64,000 nucleotides of DNA from IMG/VR virus record IMGVR_UViG_3300045988_080781, one strand, 5' to 3'. The DNA comes from a virus. How positions within the stretch are numbered: position 1 is the stretch's first letter; every line of letters begins with the position of its first letter. The notes under the pieces are model-generated. The model searched no databases. It was not told the origin of the DNA and saw only the letters and a list, made by a program, of their open reading frames with translations. The position numbers and the translations under genes were made by a program. Positions 1 to 8,633 of this stretch are shown one piece after another.

Positions 1-63
1 ACAAGTGCTGCCACTGTTGCTCTTAAAAAGCATTTTAATTCTGGATATTGTGATAAGGATACA
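1..63 (+). CDS. 3' end of a gene that starts upstream of the window (partial)
   Basis: Frame 1 is open from position 1 (TSAATVALKKHFNSGYCDKDT) and ends at TGA 61-63; codon usage resembles the other plus-strand genes. Confidence 0.3.
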
Positions 64-300
64 TGATGGTGAAGATGATGGTGAAGATGATGGAGAAGAT
101 GGTAGAGAAGATGGTAGAGAAGATGGTGCTGAATCTAATCCTCCTTCTAATTCTCAACTCAATCTTACTCCTCTTCTTCCTCTTACTTTATTTATTACAG
201 CCCATTCTTACTGTAATACAATTCTACATCATCATTATCTTAATCCTCATCTTAATCATCCTTATCATTATCATCTTAATCCTCATCATCTTTGACATAT
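64..300. repeat. Degenerate 12-bp tandem repeat tracts
   Basis: gatggtgaagat x2, then gatggagaagat, then ggtagagaagat x2 at 64-130. A second tract of atcttaatcctc-like 12-mers lies at 230-300. The first tract would encode (DGED)n only in a frame with no nearby start codon. Confidence 0.5.
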
Positions 301-598
301 TTATCATTAAACTCATCATTATGCTCGATTGTATCGAGATTTATCCCTTCAGGATATAATCTCTCATTATATAGTACAATCATACATGATAATGATAATG
401 CTAATCATCCAGCTGATAAATCATTAAACAGTAATAATGATAATATATTTACTGCTATTGATATTTATCAGTTGTCCAGTATTAGTATTAGAAATAAATC
501 GAGCATGATTGAAATAAAATCTGTAAAAATATTTGCATGATACAAATAGTTTTATATATTTGTGTCATAATAAATCTATTAATAATAATAATAAAGAT

Positions 599-1126
599 AT
601 GGAAAATAGAAGATTTAATAGTCGTAATCGTAGAGAAAATATGTATTCAAGTAGAATTAGTCGTAATGCTAATGCTAATAGTAATACTCGCCGAATTGAT
701 AAAGGCGGAACTCGTGTTGGTCATAATCAGCGTGGTCTTGGTCGTGATATTCCTTCTCATTTGCTTGAATTAGCTTATATTATTAAAGGTAATCAAGCTA
801 TTCGTAGATATACAGGTCTTAACATTCTTAATGTTCTTCAACAAAAGAAGATTATTACTAATGCACCTGATAATTTTGTAGACTTTAAATGGGACAAATT
901 TACAGTTTGTTCTGGTGGTCTTCGTCGTGATTATAAATATTCTGAACAAATCTTTATAGATTGTCTTGTAGCTGCATTTAAACAATTTGCTGAAGCTTCT
1001 GAAAAAGTTGTCAATAATTTTATTGATATTGAAAATGCTATAAAAGCTCAAGCTGAACACAAGAAAGAATCTAATGATGATGATAATGATAATGATGATT
1101 CTAATCCAGATGATTCTGATAAATAA
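599..1126 (+). CDS. hypothetical protein with a basic N-terminus and an acidic D/N-rich C-terminal tail
   Basis: ORF 533-1126; internal ATG at 599 (MENRRF...) is preferred; ends ...ESNDDDNDNDDSNPDDSDK. Confidence 0.5.
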   Translation: MENRRFNSRNRRENMYSSRISRNANANSNTRRIDKGGTRVGHNQRGLGRDIPSHLLELAYIIKGNQAIRRYTGLNILNVLQQKKIITNAPDNFVDFKWDKFTVCSGGLRRDYKYSEQIFIDCLVAAFKQFAEASEKVVNNFIDIENAIKAQAEHKKESNDDDNDNDDSNPDDSDK

Positions 1127-1150
1127 TATTGTGTAGTTCCATGCTAGTTT

Positions 1151-1161
1151 CCCTGTAGGAG
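1151..1161 (-). repeat. dispersed GC-rich motif, variant copy (CTCCTACAGGG on minus strand)
   Basis: plus strand reads ccctgtaggag; intergenic. Confidence 0.5.
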
Positions 1162-1196
1162 AAGTTGCACCTGTTACATTTGCTTATGTTCTTGCC

Positions 1197-1403
1197 ATGA
1201 TTGTTAGCAATCTTACAGGTGAAACTAGCTTAACTATTAAAGCTATGAGTGATTTTATAGATAATGAAGATATTATTGATAAGGAAGGAACTGAAATATA
1301 TTCTGAACTTGTTGATAATGATTTTGACGAAGCTGGTTGGGATCCAGTTATTGAAGATGATGATGAAGATGAAGATGATATATTTGGTTATCATAATAAT
1401 TAA
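1197..1403 (+). CDS. small highly acidic protein (68 aa)
   Basis: ORF with D/E-rich sequence (…VIEDDDEDEDDIFGY); lies in the leading part of the plus-strand block. Confidence 0.4.
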   Translation: MIVSNLTGETSLTIKAMSDFIDNEDIIDKEGTEIYSELVDNDFDEAGWDPVIEDDDEDEDDIFGYHNN

Positions 1404-1440
1404 CATATTATTAATTTTTTAAATAGAGGAGATATTAAAA

Positions 1441-1896
1441 ATGAAATTTGAAGAAGTACTGAAAGAAGTATTAGACAGCATTGAAAATAAAACAAATAAT
1501 ATTCGTGCTGAAAAACATAAAGCTCTTGTTAAATCTATTATTTATAATAAAGAAGTTTCTGAACGTAAAGGTACAACTTTCCGTGATACTTTGACAACTA
1601 CTATGTCTGTACCTGAAACAGATAAAGAACTTGAAGAATGTTTCTGTGTTTCTTGTATTGCTGAAAATATGGAAATGTTTACTGATGATGAGATTAAAGC
1701 TATCGGTATTAAAAACTTTGTAGATATTGTTCAACGTATGCGTCTTATTATCAATATGCAAGTTGAACATAATATTAAGCGTTTTCAAAAAGTTATTGAT
1801 CATGCTTATTCACTTGAAAATGAGACAAGACTTGATTATAATTCTATGTCTAAAGAACAACTTATTGAAGAACTCAAAAAATATGAAGGTAAATAG
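1441..1896 (+). CDS. hypothetical protein (151 aa)
   Basis: Clean ORF preceded by agaggagatattaaaaATG; no recognisable motif. Confidence 0.6.
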   Translation: MKFEEVLKEVLDSIENKTNNIRAEKHKALVKSIIYNKEVSERKGTTFRDTLTTTMSVPETDKELEECFCVSCIAENMEMFTDDEIKAIGIKNFVDIVQRMRLIINMQVEHNIKRFQKVIDHAYSLENETRLDYNSMSKEQLIEELKKYEGK

Positions 1897-2015
1897 TTAT
1901 GTTATTTAGTTGTGGAAAGTAATGTTCGTGCTTGTGAAAGTATAGTTACTTATTATCTTGTTAGAATGGTTTCATAGACTATAATTTTAAAGTTAAACTT
2001 ATAGACACATTAAAT

Positions 2016-2513
2016 GTTACGGTTCGTGAGAATAGTAACATTGCTTTAACTAATGAAAATAAAGATATTAACAATCTCTGTTTTGCGTTTATAATTATTT
2101 GGACTGAAAATTATTATTTTATATCAATGATCAGTTACGGTATTATGGTTCGTGAGAATAGTAATACCACTCCTTATTTAACTAATGAAACTAAAGATAT
2201 ATGTAAACTCACTTTGTGGTATTATTATTTTACATTTTTGTGGTCGTTTAATTAGTATTGAAAATTCTTATAATACTACTATTCGTGAGAATACTGGTAT
2301 TATGACAAGCCAATTGATTATAATTATGATTGAAAATTTATTAATACTACTGTTCGTGAGAATCGTAGTATTATTTCTAATACAAATTATAAATATGCTG
2401 ATGAGTCTTAATAAGACGAAACAAATAATGTTATTATTTGTCCATATTTATTTGTTTAGAAAAATAATGAAAGTCTTTTGTCCTAGCATTGTTTGTGAAA
2501 ATAGTGCTAGGAC
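2016..2513 (+). promoter_or_regulatory. cluster of five stem-loops with conserved loop YGKTTYGTGARAAT and covarying stems (possible origin or structured RNA/DNA regulatory region)
   Basis: Hairpin 1: 2016-2039, stems gttac/gtaac. Hairpin 2: 2139-2168, stems ggtatta/taatacc. Hairpin 3: 2272-2302, stems aatac/gtatt. Hairpin 4: 2343-2372, stems aatactac/gtagtatt. Hairpin 5: 2480-2513, stems gtcctagca/tgctaggac, followed by ttttctt. Loops are ggttcgtgagaata, tggttcgtgagaatag, ..attcgtgagaatactgg, tgttcgtgagaatc and ttgtttgtgaaaatag. Confidence 0.55.
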
Positions 2514-2520
2514 TTTTCTT
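2480..2520 (+). terminator. candidate intrinsic terminator (fifth stem-loop plus T-run)
   Basis: 9-bp perfect stem gtcctagca/tgctaggac with a 16-nt loop, followed by ttttctt. Confidence 0.35.
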
Positions 2521-2766
2521 ATTAATACTATTAGTATTAATGTTAGTAATAATGTTAATCTTAATAGTGATATTCGGCTGAGCCTGCACCTGTATATAAT
2601 AGCGTGCTGGAACATGGCAAATTTGCCCACTCTCGTAAGCCACAATCACTTCAAATACTGAAAATGAATAATCCTACACAATCAAAATTGAATAGCGGAT
2701 TTGGGCTTATTTTAAGTCAGAACACACTATATATTGAGAACTATACATTTATTTATTAATTTAATC

Positions 2767-3006
2767 ATGGAGATAAAACTTATGAAGATTGTAAAAGAAC
2801 TTACAGCTATGTTTAGTGAAGGTAGTGATGCAACTCGTATAGATTGCGAAATTACTACAGATGTTGAAAATAATGTAGTCACTATTAGCATTACTAATAA
2901 AAATGATGTTGAAGGTGAATGCATAACTGTTAATAAATCTGACTTTGACGTTTTTGTTCAAGAGTATATTAGGACTTATAATATTACTGCTTATGCTACT
3001 CTATAA
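2767..3006 (+). CDS. hypothetical protein (about 79 aa)
   Basis: ORF 2734-3006; internal ATG at 2767 (MEIKLMKIV...) is preferred. Confidence 0.4.
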   Translation: MEIKLMKIVKELTAMFSEGSDATRIDCEITTDVENNVVTISITNKNDVEGECITVNKSDFDVFVQEYIRTYNITAYATL

Positions 3007-3229
3007 AGACGTAAAAGAAGGTGTTAAACGTAATGATATTGTTATTTGTGATATTAATAGACTTGCTATTATTGATCAAATTGATGAGGAAAATAAAATA
3101 GTTGAACTTACATTTATTGATAATGGATTTCAATGTTTTGTTAGACTTAAACAAATTCGTTATGTTAATCATAATACTGAGAAAGCTGCTTGTAGTTATC
3201 GTACATTAATTGCTAAAATGAAACATTGA
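2993..3229 (+). CDS. hypothetical protein (about 78 aa)
   Basis: ORF 2945-3229; ATG at 2993 overlaps the upstream stop codon (operon-style coupling). Confidence 0.4.
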   Translation: MLLYKDVKEGVKRNDIVICDINRLAIIDQIDEENKIVELTFIDNGFQCFVRLKQIRYVNHNTEKAACSYRTLIAKMKH

Positions 3230-3230
3230 T

Positions 3231-3452
3231 ATGATAAATACTATTGTATCTTTCCATATTGCTGTTGTTATTGCAGCTATTTCATTTTGTTATTATTCTG
3301 GTAAAATTCTTGGTTTTCTAACAATTAAAAGTAATAGTAAATATAATAAATATGCTTGGATTGCTTTTATAATTGCAAGTATTGTTATTATAGCTTATTG
3401 TACTTATCATTGTTATGATTCTATAGAATATTATAAAGCTACATCTCGATAG
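3231..3452 (+). CDS. small membrane protein (two predicted TM helices)
   Basis: Two long hydrophobic segments (IAVVIAAISFCYY and IAFIIASIVIIAYC). Confidence 0.5.
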   Translation: MINTIVSFHIAVVIAAISFCYYSGKILGFLTIKSNSKYNKYAWIAFIIASIVIIAYCTYHCYDSIEYYKATSR

Positions 3453-3458
3453 AACTGT

Positions 3459-3492
3459 CAGTGTCCAATCCTCTACAGGGGTGAGGACACTG
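3459..3492 (+). other. stem-loop carrying the GC-rich motif in its loop
   Basis: 8-bp stem cagtgtcc/ggacactg; the loop aatcctctacaggggtga contains an exact motif copy; intergenic. Confidence 0.5.
3470..3481 (+). repeat. dispersed GC-rich motif, exact copy (CCTCTACAGGGG)
   Basis: read directly; intergenic, inside a hairpin loop. Confidence 0.8.
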
Positions 3493-3536
3493 AATCTACA
3501 AATAATTTTATTAATCTTTTAAAACATTGTAAAGTA

Positions 3537-3863
3537 ATGGCTAAACATTATGATGAAAATGGTGTTTTACGTTCATTGAAACGTAATCCTGCAATTAAGG
3601 TATTTAACGGTTGTATCCATATTATTGAAGGAACAGCCTTTGTTGGTAATGGAACTTGGGGTAAAATTGATTACCTTTGTAAAGTTCATGGCTATCATGT
3701 ATCTATTAGCAAAAATAAACAAGTTAAAGCTGAAGTAATTGAAGCTAAAGAAAAACAAAACGTTGATAATGCTAAACCTAAAGTAAAAGGTAAAGCTAAA
3801 CGTATGATTAGTTTTGCTAAAGATATTAAAAACATTGTGAAGAAGAAACGTATTAATGCTTAA
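3537..3863 (+). CDS. hypothetical protein with a lysine-rich C-terminus (108 aa)
   Basis: Clean ORF; no recognisable motif. Confidence 0.55.
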   Translation: MAKHYDENGVLRSLKRNPAIKVFNGCIHIIEGTAFVGNGTWGKIDYLCKVHGYHVSISKNKQVKAEVIEAKEKQNVDNAKPKVKGKAKRMISFAKDIKNIVKKKRINA

Positions 3864-3872
3864 CTTGATGTT

Positions 3873-4331
3873 ATGCCTACGTTTAATTTCGCTCTTAAAA
3901 TCGCTGGCAGAGCGAAAAGAAAAACTAGTACTTCTAGTATAAGCGTAATACATAAAGATATTGAAGCTGTTATAAAAGTTGATGTTGAAGGGAAATATCA
4001 TATTGTTCATGAAGATGTAAAATATTCTATCCATCCTGATTGTTATAACAATAAAGGTAAGAAAGAAATATATCTTAAAAGACTTGATGAATATGGTCAT
4101 AGAATTAAAATAGTTCGTGATAAAGATTCTCGAGTTAATATGAATAATGAATTTTATTGTCCTTTTGCTCCCGGTCTTGTAGTTAAAGGTAATATTATTA
4201 AAGATCATGGACTTGTTTATTATTATATTAAACAAATTTATAATCTTGGAGGTATTGATTTAACTAAAGATGTTGTTAATGAATGGCGTGAATATCTTGA
4301 AAACGAAAAAAACTTTGAAGATGGAATTTAG
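3873..4331 (+). CDS. hypothetical protein (152 aa)
   Basis: ORF; the start region gttatgcctacGtttaattt is near-identical (20 of 21 nt) to the start of the GIY-YIG ORF at 7882 (both begin MPTFNF). Confidence 0.5.
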   Translation: MPTFNFALKIAGRAKRKTSTSSISVIHKDIEAVIKVDVEGKYHIVHEDVKYSIHPDCYNNKGKKEIYLKRLDEYGHRIKIVRDKDSRVNMNNEFYCPFAPGLVVKGNIIKDHGLVYYYIKQIYNLGGIDLTKDVVNEWREYLENEKNFEDGI

Positions 4332-5763
4332 AGTAAAGAAAGAAGTTACTCTGACTAAATCACAAGAATTTGCAGCTATGGAACTTATTGATTTTATAGC
4401 TGCAAAATTTGATATTAATGATAATATACGAGCTTTATGTGGTCCTGGCGGTACTGGTAAGACTTTTGTTACTAAATATATAATTGATAATTGTAAATTT
4501 AGTAGAAGTCTTATTATTTGTGCAGCTCCGACTCATAAAGCTTGTCGTGTTTTAAGTCAGAGCATAGGAATGGATACTTATACTATTCAGTCTCTTCTTG
4601 GTCTTAGACCAAATCTTGCATTGGAGGATTTCAATCCTGCTAATCCTCAATTTGATCCTATGGGCAAAAATAAACTTGCTGATCCTGAAAAACTTGTTAA
4701 GTTACTTATTATAGATGAAGCTTCAATGCTACCTGCAAAGATGTTTTCATATATAACTGAAACGTGTGAACAAGAACAAATTAAACTTATTTGTATCGGT
4801 GATGCTAGTCAATTGCCTCCTGTTAATGAACGATATAGTATTGCATTTCTTAATAAGAAAACATATTTTCTTAAAGAGATTGTTAGACAAGAAGCTACAA
4901 ATCCTATTACTAAACTTTTAGCTATACTTCGTCAAGATATTAAGAATAGACAATATTCTTTTCTTAATTATATTATTGCTAATCCTTCTTCATTTAATGA
5001 AATAGGTGAAGGATATGCAGTTGTTGGTAGACAGAGATTTGCTGAAATGGTTACTGAGGGATTTAATGATGAAGAATTTACTAAGAATATTGATATGTAT
5101 AGATTGGTTGCTTATACCAATATTGCTGTTACTTCTTGGAATAAATTTATTCGTCAAATTATAATTAAAGATGCTAATCGTTCTATTCTTAACAAGCATG
5201 ATTTGATTATGAGCCGTAAAACCATTGTAGATGAATTTAATACAGCTATTTTGGTTAATTCTGAAGAATATATTATTAATGATATTATAGACTTTATTGA
5301 TCCTGTATATGAGTTCAAAGGTATGATGGTTAGATTTCAATCTATACATGGTGGTAAAATAACTCCTCCAATATTTATTGTAAATCATTTTGATCCTCTT
5401 ACTATAACAAAGTATTATAATATCGTTAATGATTTGATTTCTCGAGCTAAATCTGCTAATACTGGTCGTGCTAGTCTTTGGAAAGAATATTATAAGTTTA
5501 AACGTAAATATTTAATTTGTACTAATATTGTTAGTCCAACTGATCCTAATAAGATTATGATGGAATGTGATTTAGATTATGGTTTTGCTATAACTAGTCA
5601 TAGAGCTCAAGGCAGTACTTATGATAATGTTTATGTTGATATTAATGATATTGTTTACGATAAAACTGGTATGCCTTATGCTAATGCAGATGAAATGCTT
5701 CGTAGATTATATGTTGCCTGTAGTCGTGCAAGAAAGAAGTTAATTATGTGCTATGGTCGATGA
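4321..5763 (+). CDS. SF1 DNA helicase, Dda/RecD/PIF1-like
   Basis: Walker A GPGGTGKT, LIIDEASM (motif II), GDASQLPPV (motif III), C-terminal ITSHRAQGSTYDNVYV and YVACSRARKKL. ATG at 4321 is preferred over 4270. Confidence 0.8.
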   Translation: MEFRVKKEVTLTKSQEFAAMELIDFIAAKFDINDNIRALCGPGGTGKTFVTKYIIDNCKFSRSLIICAAPTHKACRVLSQSIGMDTYTIQSLLGLRPNLALEDFNPANPQFDPMGKNKLADPEKLVKLLIIDEASMLPAKMFSYITETCEQEQIKLICIGDASQLPPVNERYSIAFLNKKTYFLKEIVRQEATNPITKLLAILRQDIKNRQYSFLNYIIANPSSFNEIGEGYAVVGRQRFAEMVTEGFNDEEFTKNIDMYRLVAYTNIAVTSWNKFIRQIIIKDANRSILNKHDLIMSRKTIVDEFNTAILVNSEEYIINDIIDFIDPVYEFKGMMVRFQSIHGGKITPPIFIVNHFDPLTITKYYNIVNDLISRAKSANTGRASLWKEYYKFKRKYLICTNIVSPTDPNKIMMECDLDYGFAITSHRAQGSTYDNVYVDINDIVYDKTGMPYANADEMLRRLYVACSRARKKLIMCYGR

Positions 5764-6286
5764 TGTTGTAGACTATAATATTATATGTCGAAGTTGTATA
5801 AATAAAATATTCTGTAAACCAAATACAACTATAGTCAATGGTAAAGGTGATATGACTGCTTCTAATGCATTTGTATTACCTTTTGCTGGTTATAGAGAAT
5901 CTAAATATCAAGAAATAATTGATATAATAGCTGAACAATATGAAAATCATACAGCTATGAATATATTTGATACAGGATATTTTGTTTATCCAATTAAATG
6001 CTTTGCTCTTAGTGATTATCAAACAAATCATATTACAATTAAAAACTGTTTTCAACATACAGTTGCATTGATACATAGACTTAATTTTGCCAATATATTC
6101 GTATTTGGTCATATGAATGCTTATTTTGAAATGAATATTGGTCAAGATAAACTCTATTCTGTTAATGATAGAATTGTTAGAGTGTTTGCTAATTACTCTC
6201 CTCTCGTTAAAATTACTGACAATAGTAAATACGAAATGTTTAAAAGCACATTTGCTAATCATCTTAAACTCGCTAATATTATTTAA
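5753..6286 (+). CDS. probable N-terminal domain of the family-B DNA polymerase, ending at an in-frame TAA
   Basis: Same reading frame as ORF 6296-7609, separated only by TAA at 6284-6286 plus three codons. The downstream ORF begins almost immediately with Exo I, so a normal N-terminal domain would otherwise be missing. Confidence 0.4.
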   Translation: MVDDVVDYNIICRSCINKIFCKPNTTIVNGKGDMTASNAFVLPFAGYRESKYQEIIDIIAEQYENHTAMNIFDTGYFVYPIKCFALSDYQTNHITIKNCFQHTVALIHRLNFANIFVFGHMNAYFEMNIGQDKLYSVNDRIVRVFANYSPLVKITDNSKYEMFKSTFANHLKLANII

Positions 6287-6295
6287 TATGAAAAC

Positions 6296-7579
6296 ATGAT
6301 TCTTTCTAAAGCTTTTGATGTTGAAATTTTACCTAATTTTCTTAGTGTTACATTTGTAGATATGCGTGATTATTTTAATATATTTGCAGATTGTGTCAAT
6401 GAGAAAGGTAAACCTATTCCTCTTACTGAAAAACTCCCCGTAAAGGAAATCAAAGCTCGTCTTGCTGTAGCTAAACATGACGCTTTTTATATTACAGATA
6501 AGGATGATAGTCAGTTCTTTTCTCTTATTAATTATATACAGAATACCGCTGTTAAAATAATTAATGATATTCAGGTTAGAACTGATTTATTTGGATATAA
6601 TAATGCTTCTTATGATAATCTTATGATGGCTGCTATTCTAGCTAATTGTATGAGATTTGATAATGCTAAAGATTTTATTTATAATCTTTATCTTATTAGT
6701 AAGAAGATTATTTCTCTACAAGATAATCCTGATTTAGCTAAGCGTGATTATGTTATTAATTCTCTACGTAAATTTAAGCTTCCTTATACATCTATAGATG
6801 TTATGAAAGTGTTTGCTCTTAATAAAGTTGGCAAAATGACTGATAAGAATGGTAATACTGTTTACATTCCTAAAGGTCTAAAGCAAGTTTCTATCAATCT
6901 TAAATGGTATGAACTTCTTGAATATACAATGCCCCCTATTACTGAGAAAGATAAACATTTTTATGATACTTTTAAAGATGATTTAGGTAATAGCTATAAA
7001 GGAATGACTGTTGAAGAACTTAATAAAGTTGTTAAAGTTTGGGATAGATTTATTCTCGAAGAGTATATTCCAGAAATGATGCATTATAATCTTAATGATG
7101 TTTTCATTGTTGCTGAAATGGCTCGTCTATTTCCTGACGAAATAAAACTTCGTTATAGTCTTAGTTCTTCATATAAAGTAAATCTTTTAAGTAGTTCCAG
7201 AAGTAATATTGCAAATATTCTTTTTGAAAAGTTTTATAGTGAATTTAGTGGACTTCATCCTACTCAATGGAAAGGTCAAAAGACTATTAGGACTACAATG
7301 GCTTTTAATAAAGTTATTTTTCCTATTATTAAGTTTAAGACTAAATACATGCAAGATTATCTTGAACGTATTCGTAATGTAAAAGTTACTCGTACTAATA
7401 AAGATAGTTTTGAAGAAACAATTCAAATAGGTAATTTAAAATATACTATGGCTACTGGTGGATTACATAGTCAAGATCCTCCTAGAGCTTTATATAGCAA
7501 GCATGAGTTTATGACATCCTCTACAGGGGAACAAACACTAACTCCAGATAGTTATACTTATATACATTGGGACATTAAT
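6296..7579 (+). CDS. family-B DNA polymerase, exon 1 (3'-5' exonuclease domain to the start of motif A)
   Basis: Exo I FDVE, Exo II YNNASYDNL, Exo III YNLNDV, with T4/RB69-like spacing; ends ...IHWDIN, the first half of motif A (Dx2SLYPS). The uninterrupted frame stops at 7609. Confidence 0.75.
6436..6447 (-). repeat. dispersed GC-rich motif, variant copy
   Basis: plus strand reads ccccgtaaagga, translated LPVKE inside the polymerase gene. Confidence 0.5.
7518..7529 (+). repeat. dispersed GC-rich motif, exact copy
   Basis: cctctacagggg, translated SSTGE inside the polymerase gene. Confidence 0.8.
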
Positions 7580-8633
7580 GAAAGCGGTGCCCGTCATAAA
7601 TCCCGTTAATTGCTGGAATATCGTGAAGATATTAGTGCTACAACATAGCTTGAAAAAGCAAGTGTGAATGCTTAAAAAACTAATATTATATGACAATCAG
7701 CAGCCAAGATTCTAAATAATGATGTGAATCATAATATGAATAAGGTTCATCGACTATTCCTTTATGGAAGTACACTTATAGTTAATATTTGTGGAAAAGC
7801 GGGAAAAGTTCTTAATAAAGTTAGTTCATTGAGAAAGTAGTTACTATCTTTGTTTCACAATTAATTCAAATTATTAAAGTTATGCCTACATTTAATTTTA
7901 AAAGTAAAGAAATTAAAAGAGCTGAAAAGCTTAATAAACTTCGTGGAGTAATTAGAACTGGTCATAGTGTTCCTTATGGAACTTTTAGTATTTATGGAAA
8001 TGATGCTGCTATTTATGGTATTAAAAGTAAAACAACAGGCAAACAATATATTGGTGCTACTAAGCATATTCAACGTAGATTGATGAAACATTTCAATGAA
8101 CTTAAACATAATAGACATCGCGCTAAAGTTTTTCAAGAAGATTATAATAAATATGGTTTTAATGATTTTGAAATTATTATTTATGAAAATACTAATGAAG
8201 ATTTGCTTATTAAAGAAAAGAATAAACAAGTTGAAATAGGTATTAATAATCTTTATAATGAAAAGATTAGTGGTGTTTATATTACAGAAGAAAGAAGGCA
8301 ACAAATTATTAATCAAGATAGAAGTACTCATAAAAGTAAAGAATATAGAGAAAAAATGAGTAAACTTAAAACTAATCGTATCAGACAATATGATTTAGAC
8401 TTTACTCCAATTAAAGATTGGAAAAGTTGTAAAGAAATTGTTGAAACTCTTGGTTATACTAGAAGTGTTATTCTTTCTTGTTGTAATGGTAATAAAGTTC
8501 GTGCTTATAATTGTTATTGGAAATATATTGATGATAATGGCAATATAGTAAATAATGGTTATATTAAAGCACGTAAAAAAGAACTTTAAGATATAGTCAG
8601 GCTTATATTGAAAGATATAAGGTTATCCGAGCT
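7580..8633 (+). mobile_element. intron-like insertion (probably group I) in the DNA polymerase gene, carrying a GIY-YIG homing endonuclease ORF; boundaries approximate
   Basis: Motif A is split: DIN at 7571-7579, then SFYPSIM at 8634-8654 in frame. Candidate internal guide GTTAAT at 7601-7606 can pair with exon end ATTAAT (U-G at the junction). An in-frame stop follows at 7607-7609. Moderately GC-rich structured flanks lie at 7610-7860 and 8590-8633. Confidence 0.6.
7882..8589 (+). CDS. GIY-YIG family homing endonuclease
   Basis: AAIYGIKSKTTGKQYIGATKHIQRRLMKH...N motif block (GIY-10/11-YIG, R, then H/N); C-terminal basic region resembling a DNA-binding domain; located inside the polymerase interruption. 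Confidence 0.75.
   Translation: MPTFNFKSKEIKRAEKLNKLRGVIRTGHSVPYGTFSIYGNDAAIYGIKSKTTGKQYIGATKHIQRRLMKHFNELKHNRHRAKVFQEDYNKYGFNDFEIIIYENTNEDLLIKEKNKQVEIGINNLYNEKISGVYITEERRQQIINQDRSTHKSKEYREKMSKLKTNRIRQYDLDFTPIKDWKSCKEIVETLGYTRSVILSCCNGNKVRAYNCYWKYIDDNGNIVNNGYIKARKKEL

Noticed and set aside
63-359. 98-aa plus-strand ORF (MMVKMMVKMMEKMV…)
   Set aside because: It reads through the 12-bp tandem repeat tracts in a frame that gives a nonsense low-complexity hydrophobic product. It is a repeat artefact and not a gene.
2185-2661. 158-aa plus-strand ORF spanning the stem-loop cluster
   Set aside because: Its sequence is hydrophobic and low-complexity, and it runs straight through five conserved hairpins and a terminator-like structure. 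The region is better explained as non-coding and regulatory.
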